DNA of 63,363 nt, filler included, from Collodictyon triciliatum (taxonomy: Eukaryota): the NCBI GenBank assembly GCA_043381765.1. It is 15 parts of 15 records of this genome, joined end to end, with 100 filler letters (N's around TTAATTAATTAA, not from the genome) between each part and the next. Parts side by side here need not be neighbours in the genome. Positions count along the whole stretch, not along the records: positions 1 to 2,477 come from JBHJMP010006095.1; positions 2,578 to 6,994 come from JBHJMP010006097.1; positions 7,095 to 11,532 come from JBHJMP010006098.1; positions 11,633 to 16,070 come from JBHJMP010006099.1; 11 more parts are not named here. One strand, given 5' to 3'. The notes below the pieces were generated by a model. It was given only the letters and a program-made list of their open reading frames with translations. It was not told the origin of the DNA and ran no database searches. Below, one piece after another: positions 1 through 11,772 of the stretch. Within the stretch, counting starts at the first letter, position 1; each line of letters opens with the position of its first letter. Both the position numbers and the translations under genes were made by a program.

Positions 1-96
1 TCTAATATCTTTTCTAATATCTTTTCTAATATCTTTTCTAATATCTTTTCTAATATCTTTTCTAATATCTTTTCTAATATCTTTTCTAATATCTTT
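1..96. repeat. 12-bp tandem repeat (TCTAATATCTTT)x~8
   Basis: Read directly from the sequence. Confidence 0.95.
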
Positions 97-129
97 TCTT
101 TGTGGGATGCGGCAGGCAAAGCTTCATCA

Positions 130-1042
130 AATTGTTAATTGACTCGAAATAAGAGAACAAATCCGTTACCCGAATGACATGTTTGTAAGTGGGCGCATGG
201 GTGATGGTATTTCGTTTATATCGGATGGAGGCTGTGGGTAATCGTCTGTTGATTCAAAGAATGGGTCTCTATAGAAGGAGACTGTTGAATGCGCATTTCT
301 AATAGAAAAAGAAAACAAAGTACTTATTCATGAAAGCTCTCCATATACATGTCATCAAAGTACTATTCATTTCGTCATAGGGATTATGTATTGGTGCTTG
401 AGTAATATGTGATGACGATAAATGAACCAACTATCGGAGTTTAGAATGGCTGGTATAATATGTGAATTTGATTGAGGGACATATGTAGGGGCAGATAATA
501 AAAATGTATGTTGACTCACGAGAACGTTTCTTCATAGTAGGGATGTGGTATTTGGATAGAAGTGAATGGTTGCCTCGGCATGAAATTCATATTCTGTTGA
601 ACCCGATGGTTTTGTTCCACTATATGAATACTTGGTTGCGAGTATATAGGTGTTTGTGTTTGTGTTTGTGTTTGTGTTTGTGTTTGTGTTTGTGTTTGTG
701 TTTGTGTTTGTGTTTGTGTTTGTGGCACATAAGCCAGGAGGTACGGATCGCTTGGGCGTGGCATTTGGCAACGATTGCAAAGCTCTCTCCTGGCATAGTT
801 AACGTTTCGACAATGCCCGCATAACCAATTTCCATTTTCTAGGCGAGGCGCTTGGGAACGATCTTTTTTATGTAAGGAGACGAATAAATGAACCCATTGA
901 TGTGCTGTGGCTATAATTTGGTAATTAAATAAAACTACATTTGATAAAAGTGGTATATGAATTTGATTTACAAATGGAAAACAAGGTGATAATTCAACAA
1001 ACTCGAGTTTCTCATCGCAGCTGAGTAGCTGACCTCATCCAT
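130..1042 (-). CDS. RanBP2-type zinc-finger protein (multi-exon; 3' end approximate)
   Basis: Exon 1042-1003 (MDEVSYSAAMRNS) splices in frame to exon 862-520, which encodes NWLCGHCRNVNYARRELCNRCQMPRP (W-x-C-x2-C-x3-N-x6-C-x2-C RanBP2 pattern) followed by a (QT)n run from a GTGTTT microsatellite. Further Pro/Ser-rich exons lie downstream. Confidence 0.7.
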
Positions 1043-2477
1043 GGCTCAAGGAGAAAAGCTATGTCGATTTTCGATACCAAAAAGAAATGAAGCTGTTAAC
1101 ACTTATTTTTTCAGGAAGTAAAAAAAAAGACAGACAGCAATCAAACGAATCTGGCCAGAGGAAAATAACAGTCTTAATATTGTTGATATGATGAAATAAA
1201 TAAAAAATAAAAAAAATAAAAAAAAACAGGTAGTGGGACGGAAAATGATCGAAGTAATGTTGTTGCGTGACAATCGGCTTTGTATCAAGATACTATAATC
1301 CCAATATAGAAAAGAAAATGAGGAAGAAATAGAGCGAGCAACCCAAAGACAAATACTCTAGAAGAGGGGTACGAGAGGAGCAAGGCTGAGGACAAGACTT
1401 TTATCGCAATAGGTTGAATTATAAAAGTGTGTATTTTTCAGAGTAGACTGTGCTGTATATGGCGAAATAAGCAAAAGCAAAAAATAAAAAATCATAATTG
1501 TTATTGTAATTGGTGACAGCAGCGTGAAGTATTCCCTTGAATCGAATAGAGGGAATGAAATAAAGAGTCACAGGAAGGGTGATGAACACAAGCGTTGCAC
1601 ACCATCAGAGAGAAGGGAGTGAAGTCAAAAAAAAAAATACAGGTGTGTTACTTCAACGCCAATAAAAAATAAATAAAAAAAAAAGAAAAATACTTCTCCA
1701 TTTCGATTTTTTTTCCTTTTTTTATCTCTCTTTTTTTCTCTTTTTCTCATCATTTTTTGGATCTCTTCATTATTTTTTCTGATCTTTTCTACATTTTTTT
1801 CTGATCTTTTCATTAATTTTTTTGTCCACTCAGACTGGAAAGCTTTCCGACCGAAAGACAACAATAACAGAAAGAGTTACTTGCTCTTCACATAATTTTT
1901 CGGTATCAAAGCATTCCCCTTCAATGGAGAACGTATCACACAGTCCACTGACACACTACTTGGGACCCCACGCAAACTGTGTGTGCCCTCGCGCCAGAGA
2001 CCAACGATCCTCACCACCCCGCCAAGCATTCGAACAAACGGACAAACAACTTAAGCATATCCCACTCCTACCCCAAGCGCAACCTCTCTAGAAAATGGTA
2101 GAACAACAAAGTGAAAGAAAAAAAAAACGGCACCAGCGCGCGAACAACGTTCAATTCTATATGTGGAAACCCGTTTCGGAACACGATGTGCCCACTAGCT
2201 ATGCACTTCATATTGCCTTAATTTGGTATCATTAGCCCATCTTTATTCAAGTTGTGGGTTGAAACAAGCGGCTTCCCCAGCGCATCATCCTACTCGCCCA
2301 TATTACATCTTGCCAGACAGTATGAAGCTTTTTTTTTCTGAAGTTTCATGAATTCCATTGGCTATATTAAAATTCATTGATACGGGTTTATTTGCAGTGT
2401 TAAATCATAAAAAAAAAAAAAAAAAAATTTTAATTCTTTTTTATAAAAGAAAAAGAAAAACAAATAATTTTTTTTTT

Positions 2478-2577
2478 NNNNNNNNNNNNNNNNNNNNNNN
2501 NNNNNNNNNNNNNNNNNNNNNTTAATTAATTAANNNNNNNNNNNNNNNNNNNNNNNNNNNNNNNNNNNNNNNNNNNN
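2478..2577. other. Artificial scaffold linker N44-TTAATTAATTAA-N44; the same linker starts at 6995, 11533, 16071, 20606, 25142, 29678, 34214, 38196, 42730, 47262, 51788, 55540 and 58838
   Basis: Identical 100-bp spacer with stops in all six frames, separating blocks of mostly ~4.43 kb. Confidence 0.98.
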
Positions 2578-5500
2578 ACGGAAATCTTCCAGACTTTAAT
2601 CTCCCTAGTATTACGTATTTGAATCTCTTTGTGAATCGAATTACTGGAACGATTCCAGACTTTCAAGGAATGCCGAATATTCAACATCTTGAGATTGACG
2701 GGAATGAATTGGAAGGAACAATACCAGATTTTTCTGGAATACAGTCGCTGAAAACATTATATATTGGCGATAGTGAAAAAATTACAGGTACAAAGTAATT
2801 TCCAATATTATTTAGTCTGAATTCTAATGATTTTTCATTTCAGGAACTCTGCCTGACTTCTCAGCGTTGCCAAATATTCAGATTCTTTGGATATATAGCT
2901 GCAAAGTTTATGGTTTGTTTTTAATTATTTTAAATATGATGGCATAGAAAAACTAACTTTTTATTACAGGAACCGTTCCAAACTTCAGTGGAATTCCAAA
3001 TGTTGAAATAATTTCTCTTGGCGACAACCATTTGACTGGTAATTTTAGTTATTATTTCATATATAATTGATACAAAACTAACTTTATATTACAGGAACCG
3101 TTCCAAACTTCAGTGGAATTCCAAATATTGAAATAATTTATCTTTTCAGCAATCAATTAACTGGTAAGTTTTAATTATTATTTCATGCATTATTGATGAA
3201 AAACTAACTTTATACAACAGGAACAGTTCCAAACTTCATTGGAATTCCAAATGTTGAAATAATTTATCTTTCCAGCAACCAGTTGACCGGTAAATTTTAA
3301 TTATTATTTTCATGTAATATAAATAAAAACTAACTTTATACATTACAGGAACAGTTCCAAACTTCAGTGGAATTCCAAATGTTGAAATTATTGATATTTC
3401 CAACAACCAATTGACTGGTAAATTTTATTTAAATTCCATGTGTTATTGATAAAAAACTAACTTTATATTACAGGAACCGTTCCAAACTTCAGTGGAATTC
3501 CAAATGTTTTAGGAATTTCTCTTTACAACAATCAGTTGACTGGTAATTTTTAATTATTAATTTCATGTAATATTAATAAAAACTAACTTTATGCTACAGG
3601 GACAGTTCCAAACTTCAGTGGGATTCCAAATGTTAAAATAATTTATCTTTACAACAATCTATTGACTGGTAAGTTTTAATTATTAATTTCATGTATTATT
3701 GGTACAAAACTAACTTAACATTACAGGAACAGTTCCAAACTTCAGTGGAATTCCGATAGTTTTAAGAATTTATCTTGATAGAAACCGATTGAATGGTAAT
3801 TTCTACACAATTTACCTTTCTATTTCTTTTGATTTTACATTTCCTTTAATATTAATGAGTAATTTTAGGCGCAATTCCAAACTTTTCAAATATTCATAAA
3901 CTGGAGATTTTTTCTGTTTATGATAATCAATTGGAGGGAAATGTTCCTGATTTCAAATATTGCCAAAACACCAAGGAAATAGTGTTGTTCCGAAATAAGT
4001 TGTCAGGCACACTACCGATGTTCAATCTAAATAATCTGACAAGACTGGATGTGAGCGAAAACCAAATTATTGGCTCTATCCCAGAAAACTGGTCATTGCC
4101 TTCAATTAAATACATCGACTTGTCTTGGAACAAAATGAACGGCACAGTCCCAACCTATTTTCAGGGACTTTCAGAACTGAAATCACTCGTTTTGTCTCAC
4201 AATAAATTTTCTGGAAGCATGCCTGATTTATTCTGGAATCTGCCGAATCTAGTCACCATTGATTTGAGAAACAACTCATTTTCAGGAGACGTTGGTATTT
4301 TTATCTCACCAGCTTCAGTGAATTACGATTACTTTTATGAAAACCTTTTGCTTGATGACAACCAATTGAATGGAGTATTGAATTGGTGGATATTTAACTA
4401 TGTTATTAACGTAAAAACATTAAGTATTAAGAATAACAACATCACTAAGCTTGATGAACTTACAAATCTATTGAGATGGACTTCCCTTGACCTCACTGGA
4501 AATCCGATTGTTGGAAATATCCCTGAATCATACATCGGGTTTTCAAAGCTTGAGCATCTGGGATTGAATAAAACATCGATGAATCACGGAACAGCCAGTT
4601 TCCTTCCTGTTTTCATGAATTTCACAACATCTTTCAATCTCCAAGATGAAACAAAACGCTACCTTTGTCCTTCCATTATTTCGAAATCTGGTCTGGTTGA
4701 GTTGGAGGTTGACTTGAATCCAGAATACTATGACTTCGAATTTTGTAAATGCTTGCCTGGTTATTTTGGCTTTGGAAACAATTGCGTTCAATGCCCAAGA
4801 GGATGTGATTGCCTCGATGGAACGTCCTTGAAATTCTGTCATGCTTCACCAAGCATCACCTCTGTGAAATCAATACTGCCATGTCCACGTCGAGAGTCAT
4901 GTGATGTGTCGATTCCAGAGAAAATTTCGAATTCAAATACGACGGTCGAAATCATAGACCTGTGTCAAGAAGGTTATGAAGGGTATGCCTGTTCAAAATG
5001 TCAGAATGGATACGGAAATCACGGAAGGTCATGTGTGAAATGCGATAAAGGAACGATTTATTTAACCCTGATTATTGGTTCGATTGGATTCTTTATGTTC
5101 ATTTGCTACCTGTATTTCACAGAGACATCGAAATCAGGTAAATGTCACTAAATTATTTCACGTGATTCTCATATTAATCAGAATATTTCATTCAGCGAAA
5201 CTCAGGATAATAATGTTCCACATGCAAACACTGTCGATTGTGTCTAGTGGAATCGTTCTTTCAGAAGATGCAAACAGCTTTATTGATGTTTCATCGTCGA
5301 TTGGTTCAATCCAATTTCCCAACCTTTCCTGTGTCCTTGGAGTAGACGATGTGTTTGCTTCTCTGATGTTCAGTTTTGCAAGAATACCAATCTTTATCGT
5401 CGTTGGCTCATCCACGTACTATTTTGGACATGGACACAAGCAGAACAAAGTAAGGATGGAAAAATATATTCAGTTGTGAATCTTTATATTAGTTTCAGTT

Positions 5501-6418
5501 TCATCTTTAGAAATACTAAATTAATTATTTTGGCAGGCTATTTTTATCGCATTGAATCTTCTGTTTTTTATATACTACTCGGTCGCAAGAGAGGTGTTTG
5601 GTGTTTTTGGATGCACTGTTTATGAAGAAGGTGTGAATAGATGGTATCTGAATTTTAAGCCCTGGATTCAATGCAGCCCAGCCTCGGATGAATATCAAAA
5701 ACTGCTTGCAATATCTGTTCCGGTTTTCTTTCTTTTCTTGGTCGGTCTGCCTGCTTTTGTATTGTGGAAAGTGAAAATCATGACAGAAAGATCTGGTTAC
5801 GAACCAGGAGCGCGATATGGATTCCTTTACTTGCCATACAAAGAGGTATGTGATTCAATATTCTTTTTTTGTATTATCATTGTGAATTATTTATGAGAAT
5901 AACATTATTTAGACCTTCAAGTATTGGGAGTTTGTCATAATCGCACGCCGCATCGCTTTTTCGTTTGCGCTCAGTGTCGTTCCATACACAAGCCCAGCGG
6001 TTTTTTTCGTCCTTCTCATCATCGTTATTCAGGTTGATTAAATATGTTTTTATATGGTTCAATATGTGAGATAATTAATTTTTGAAAATGAAATATTAAA
6101 TCAAGCACAAACTTTTAGGGCTCAATTTGGATGCAAAAAGAGTATAAGCCTTACCACTCGAAAATCGAAAATCAAATGGAAGTGTCCAGCCTCTACATTA
6201 TTTTTTTGTCCTTCTTCCTTTCGCTCATGTCGACTCTGTTCGACTCGCAATCGTGGATAACAGCTTTGCTTATTGGAATGAACTCAATATGGCTGCTTTA
6301 TTTTACGTCAACCGCTTTTGTGATTCCTTTATTCAAAAGCGGCGAAATCAAGCAAAAATTGGTCAAGATGAAAAATCTGAAGAATGGAAAACGATTATCT
6401 GACCCGTTGTTGGATTAA
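2578..6418 (+). CDS. 5'-partial LRR + Cys-rich/EGF-like + multipass (7TM-like) surface receptor
   Basis: Exons 2578-2787, 2844-2912, 2970-3038, 3095-3163, 3221-3289, 3349-3417, 3474-3542, 3600-3668, 3727-3795, 3869-5137, 5196-5449, 5537-5845, 5913-6032 and 6119-6418 splice in frame with GT-AG introns. It has plant-type LRRs (LxxLxLxxNxLxGxxP), CKCLPGYFG...CQEGYEGYACSKC, hydrophobic helices and the motif YGFLYLPYKETFKYWEFVIIARR typical of protist multipass receptors. Confidence 0.9.
2970..3795 (+). repeat. Tandem ~125-bp exon+intron units; seven 69-nt LRR exons
   Basis: Each unit is GAAC(C/A)GTTCCAAACTTCAGTGGAATTCC...ACTG followed by a homologous 56-59-nt intron GTAA..AACTAAC..ACAG. Confidence 0.95.
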
Positions 6419-6615
6419 TCGAATAAATGATTAAACAAACATTAAATTATTGACTATACTTTCTCTTTAGAAATTTACAACATTGGAATGTTATGATTAA
6501 CTTTATTTTTCAAGTTTTCAATTCATTATATTATTTTTGATTTTTTTATACTTTGATAATAATAGATATTCCAATCATGTCATTCATTCCAAGGCATGTT
6601 TTTTCCCTTTATTCG

Positions 6616-6994
6616 ATTAAAAGTGCAGCGAGGTTATGCCATACAAAGGGACAAGATAGGTGCTGATGATAAAGAGCAAACGCGAGTAGGGGAAGACACT
6701 ACCGTGGAGAGGCTAGCACTGGAAAGAAATCAGTGATAGCGAGTTGGTCAGATGGGCGACCTAACTGGTTGATTGGTTGCGTGGGTAGCAGGGGTTGGAT
6801 ATGCTGTGGGAGATTTTGTACGACACATTCCCACATCTCTCTTCGCTTGCGGTCAGAGTAGCGAAGAGTGCGAGCGTGTTTCAGCAGGCTGTACAGGAAG
6901 CTGTATTGCACGAGGCTTTCAAGCCTGGATACATTGATTTCTCGTTCGGGTGAATCATTGGAGCGAGAGAATGCACGCACACTCCATAAGAACC
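6616..6994 (-). mobile_element. Dispersed repeat, probable 3' end of a non-LTR retrotransposon (copy 1)
   Basis: Its reverse complement closely matches 29778-30053. It carries an ORF end (FLWSVRAF...ITDFFPVLASPR*), a short 3' UTR and AATAAA, and runs into a scaffold end. Confidence 0.55.
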
Positions 6995-7094
6995 NNNNNN
7001 NNNNNNNNNNNNNNNNNNNNNNNNNNNNNNNNNNNNNNTTAATTAATTAANNNNNNNNNNNNNNNNNNNNNNNNNNNNNNNNNNNNNNNNNNNN

Positions 7095-7213
<119 letters not shown>

Positions 7214-7351
7214 AAGAAAAAGGAAAAAGAATAAAATAAAAAGATAAAAAAGAAAAAAGAAAAAAGAAAAAAAGAAAAAGAGAAAAATCATATATGATAC
7301 AGACACAAACCATCCCACCCAGTGATATATATAATCCTTGATTTATGGCGT

Positions 7352-8193
7352 CATAATCCCGTGGCATAATCCCGTAGTGTCATAATCCCGTGGCATAACC
7401 TCGTGGCATAATCCCGTGTCATAATCCCATATCACAATCCCATGGTATAATCCCGTGGCATAATCCCGTATCATAATCCCGTGGCATAATCCCGTGGCTT
7501 AATCCCGTGTCATAATCCCGTAGTGACATAATTCCGTGGCATAATCCAGTGGCATAATCCCGTGGCATAATCCCGTGGCTTAATCCCGTGGTATAATCCC
7601 GTGTCATAATCCCGTGTCATAATCCCGTAGTGTCATAATTCCGTGGCATAATCCAGTGGCATAATCCAGTGGCATAATCCCGTGGCATAATCCCGTATCA
7701 TAATCCCGTGGCATAATCCCGTGTCATAATCCCGTGTCATAATCCCGTGACATAATCCCGTGACATAATCCCGTGTCATAATCCCGTGGCATAATCCCGT
7801 GTCATAATCCTGTGTCATAATCCCGTGTCATAATCCCGTGTCATAATCCCATGCCATAATCCCGTGTCATTATCCCGTAGCATAACCCCGTGCCATAATC
7901 CCGTGTATAATCCCGTGTATAATCCCGTGGCATAATCCCGTAGCATAATCCCGTGTCATAATCCCGTGTCATTATCCCGTAGCATAACCCCGTGCCATAA
8001 TCCCGTAGCATAACCCCGTGCCATAATCCCGTATCATAATCCCGTGTCATAATCCCATGCCATAACCCCGTAGTGACATAATCCCGTGGCATAACCTCGT
8101 GGCATAATCCCGTGTATAATCCCGTGTATAATCCCGTGGCATAATCCCGTAGCATAATCCAGTATCATAATCCCGTGGCATAATCCCGTGACA
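7352..8193. repeat. 13-bp minisatellite, consensus CATAATCCCGTG(G/T), roughly 60-65 units
   Basis: Read directly; the overlapping RDYDTGLCHGIM ORFs are artefacts of the repeat. Confidence 0.97.
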
Positions 8194-8670
8194 TATCTCA
8201 TCAGGAGCTGCTACATGGACACATTTATAAAAAAAACATCAGTACATCTTAAACTCCATTTCTTTTTTTTTTTTGATTTTTTCACCTTCCACTTTTCTAT
8301 TTCGTTATTTTCTATTTTCTCTTTTTGATTTCCCTTCCTTCACGCAACTCATTTTGCCCCTTGAGTTTTGCAAGAGCCCTTTTTCTCTCCCTCGCTTCTT
8401 TCCCCGTTTATCGTACTCCTCATTTAACGGCCTCCTTTTTCTACATATTTTTATTTATTTAATTTAATTTTGGGAATCAGCATCGTCGTCACTCATTATA
8501 CTTCAGACGATCAAAATACTCTTTCTTATGTTTTGATCAAATGAATGTTGAAGAAACAAAAGCAAATAAAAAAAAAAGGTGCTCTTGTTACCTTTAACTA
8601 ATCCTCTTTGACAAAATGAAATGTGTAAAAGGTAAATTATTATTATGGCTCAACCTATAAACCACCGAAA

Positions 8671-9047
8671 GACGACTTTTCTCACAACGCGCATTCTCTT
8701 TTTTTCGGGCGAAGATCGAAGATCGACTTTTTTCACAACCCGCATTCTCATTTTTTCGGGCGAAGATCGGAGATCGACTTTTCTTACAACCCGCATTCTC
8801 TTTTTTTCGGGCGAAGATCGAAGATCGACTTTTCACACAACCCGCATTCCCATTTTTTCGGGCGAAGATCGACTTTTCTCACAACGCGCATTCTCTTTTT
8901 TTTGGGCGAAGATCGACTTTTCTTCCAACCCGCATTCTTATTTTGTCGGGCGAAGATCGAAGATCGACTTTTCTCACAACCCGCATTCTCTTTTTTTCGG
9001 GCGGAGATCGACTTTTTTTACAACCCGCATTCTTATTTTTTTCGGGT
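8671..9047. repeat. 44-51-bp minisatellite, 8 units (GATCGACTTTTCTCACAACCCGCATTCTCTTTTTTTCGGGCGAAGATCGAA)
   Basis: The CGCATTC core recurs 8 times at a ~50-bp period. Confidence 0.95.
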
Positions 9048-9269
9048 GAGATGCTTTGTGTATGCTTAGTGTGCTTTGTGTATGCTTTGTATGCTTTGTA
9101 CTCTCTGAATGTTTTGTACGGTATTCTGAAGCTTAAAATAGTAAGTGGACATTTTTTTGTACCACCCAAGCGTAAAAAATTTTGGCACATTATTCACACA
9201 ACTCACGTTTTACGTTTTACGTTTTACAACTCACGTTTCACGTTTTACAATTTACACCACGTAACGGAA

Positions 9270-11532
9270 AGTCCAAATTTATTGTATAGATTCTTTGATT
9301 ATCGAAAAGCTGAAAAAATGCTCAAGTGTTTCAAATTGTTGTAATGATAATGGAGAAAATAACAGATTCTCTTAATGAAAAAAATGGTTGTGTTATGGGA
9401 TACTCACCCGAAGTCCTTCGCGTCTGCACATGGACAGGTATATGCTGAGTCTCGTGTCCGCGACTTGACTTTGTTGCTCGATAAACAGGATATTGGCTTC
9501 GAATATTCCCCATAACTGGCACAGGATGCACTATTTTCACAAGAAATTCAATTTTTGTCCTTTATGCATGAATATACCATTCTATATGAATTATAACAAA
9601 AAACATCGACTAAGTGTGTGGTTGCGCAAAACAAAGTGCTGAAGTGAAAGGCAAAATAGAAAATATGATTGCAAGACTTACGCTTTTCGTATTCCGGCAT
9701 AGTGGAGAGCCATTGCAATTCTCAGTGTGTGTGAAGCAGACTTCGTCGTATTCGATAAGCAGGATATTGGACTTCGAATGTTCACCATAACCCATCACAT
9801 ATTGCACTATTTTCACAAGAAATTCAATTTTTGTGCTCTATGCATAAATAAACCTTCTATATGAATAATAATAAAAAGAACATCGGCTAATGTATAGAGG
9901 AAAAAAAACAAAGTGCTCGAAGTGAAAGATGGGAAATAAAATATCTGGTTGCACGAGACTTACAGTTTTCGTATTCGGCATAGTGCAGAGCCTTTGCGAA
10001 TTGAGTGTGAAGCAGACTTTGTTGCTGAATAATCAGGAATTGGGCTTCGAATGTTCACCATATCTGACACAGAGTGCACTATTTTTCACAAGGGAAATTC
10101 AATTTTTATGCTCTATGCATGAATAAACCTTCTATATGAATTATAAAAAAACATCTACTAAGTGTGTGGAGTAAAAAAACAAAGTGCTAAAGTAAAGGGC
10201 ATAATAAAATGTCTGGTTGCAGAAGACTTACGGCTTTCGTCACATTCCAGCATAGTGGAGAGCCTTTGCAGTCTTCGTGTGCGAAGCAGACTTTGTCGAC
10301 GTCCGGCATAGTGGAGATCCTTCGTGGGTCTTGTGTGGAGCAGACTGCGTCGTATTTCGGCATACTGGAGAGCCTTTGAGGGTTGTGTGTAAAGCAGACT
10401 TCGTTGTATTCGGGCATAGTGGAGAGCCTTCGAGGGTTGTGTGTAAAGCAGACTGCGTCGTAATCACGGCTTAGTAGAGAGCCTTTGAGGGTTGTGTGTA
10501 AAGCAGACTGCGTCGTAATCACGGCTTAGTAGAGAGCCTTTGAGGGTTGTGTGTGAAGCAGACTGCGTCGACGTTCAGCATAGTGGAGAGCCTTTGCAGT
10601 CTTCGTGTGCGAAGCAGACTTCGTCGACGTCCGGCATAGTGGAGAGCCTTCGAGGGTTGTGTGTCTTGTGAAGCAGACTTCGTCGTATCCCGGCATAGTG
10701 GAGAGCCTTCGAGGGTTGTGTGTCTTGTGAAGCAGACTTCGTCGACGTTCGGCATGGTGGAGAGCCTTTGCGGGTATTGTGTGTGTGAAGCAGATTTCGT
10801 CACATCCCGGCATAGTGCAGAGCCCCTGTGTGTCTTGTGTGTGTGGAGCAGACTGCGTCGTATCCCGGCATAGTGGAGAGCCTTCGAGGGTTGTGTGTCT
10901 TGTGTGTGTGGAGCAGACTGCGTCACATCCCAGCATAGTGGAGAGCCTTCGAGGGTTGTGTGTAAAGCAGACTGCGTCGTATTCCGGCATAGTGGAGATC
11001 CTTTGCGGGTCTTGTGTGAAGCAGACTGCGTCGACGTTCGGCATAGTGGAGAGCCTTTGCGGGTCTTGTGTGAAGCAGACTGCGTCGTATTCCGGCATAG
11101 TGGAGCCTTTGCAGTCTTCGTGTGCGAAGCAGACTTTGTCGACGTCCGGCATAGTGGAGAGCCTTCGAGGGTTGTGTGTGTGAAGCAGATTTCGTCACAT
11201 CCCGGCATAGTGGAGAGCCTCTGTGTGTCTTGTGTGTGTGAAGCAGACTGCGTCGTATCCCGGCGTAATGGAGAGCCTTCGAGGGTTGTGTGTCTTGTGT
11301 GTGAAGCAGATTTCGTTGTATTCCGACATAGTGGAGATCTTTTGTGGGTCTTGTGTGGAGAAGACTGCGTCATATTCCGGCATAGTGGAGAGCCTCTGCG
11401 ATTGTGTGTGAAGCAGACTTTGTCGACGTTCGGCATAGTGGACTGCCTTCCAAAGCATGTGTGTGGAGCAGACTGCGTCGTATTCGGGCATAGTGGAGAG
11501 CCTTCGGGGGTTGTGCGTGTGTGAAGCAGATT
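9270..11532 (+). repeat. Composite repeat element copy 1: conserved end, ~275-bp units x3, ~57-bp minisatellite array
   Basis: GCTGAAAAAATGCTCAAGTGTTT...GGGATACTCACC.GAAGT.CTTCGCGTCTGC and all internal units match the reverse complement of 25330-28140. Confidence 0.9.
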
Positions 11533-11772
11533 NNNNNNNNNNNNNNNNNNNNNNNNNNNNNNNNNNNNNNNNNNNNTTAATTAATTAANNNNNNNNNNNN
11601 NNNNNNNNNNNNNNNNNNNNNNNNNNNNNNNNTTCTTTTTTTCTCTTCTTTTTTTCTCTTCTTTTTTTCTCTTCTTTTTTTCTCTTCTTTTTTTCTCTTC
11701 TTTTTTTCTCTTCTTTTTTTCTCTTCTTTTTGTTTTCGTGCCCGGCGGCTCCTCACTTAATTATACAAAAAG

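Noticed and set aside
2522-2533. Recurrent TTAATTAATTAA palindrome as a biological motif
   Set aside because: Always centred in N runs; it is an artificial linker.
10230-11532. CRISPR-like appearance of the ~57-bp arrays (also 25330-27166)
   Set aside because: The variable slots are short recurring alleles rather than unique spacers, there are no cas genes, and the context is eukaryotic.
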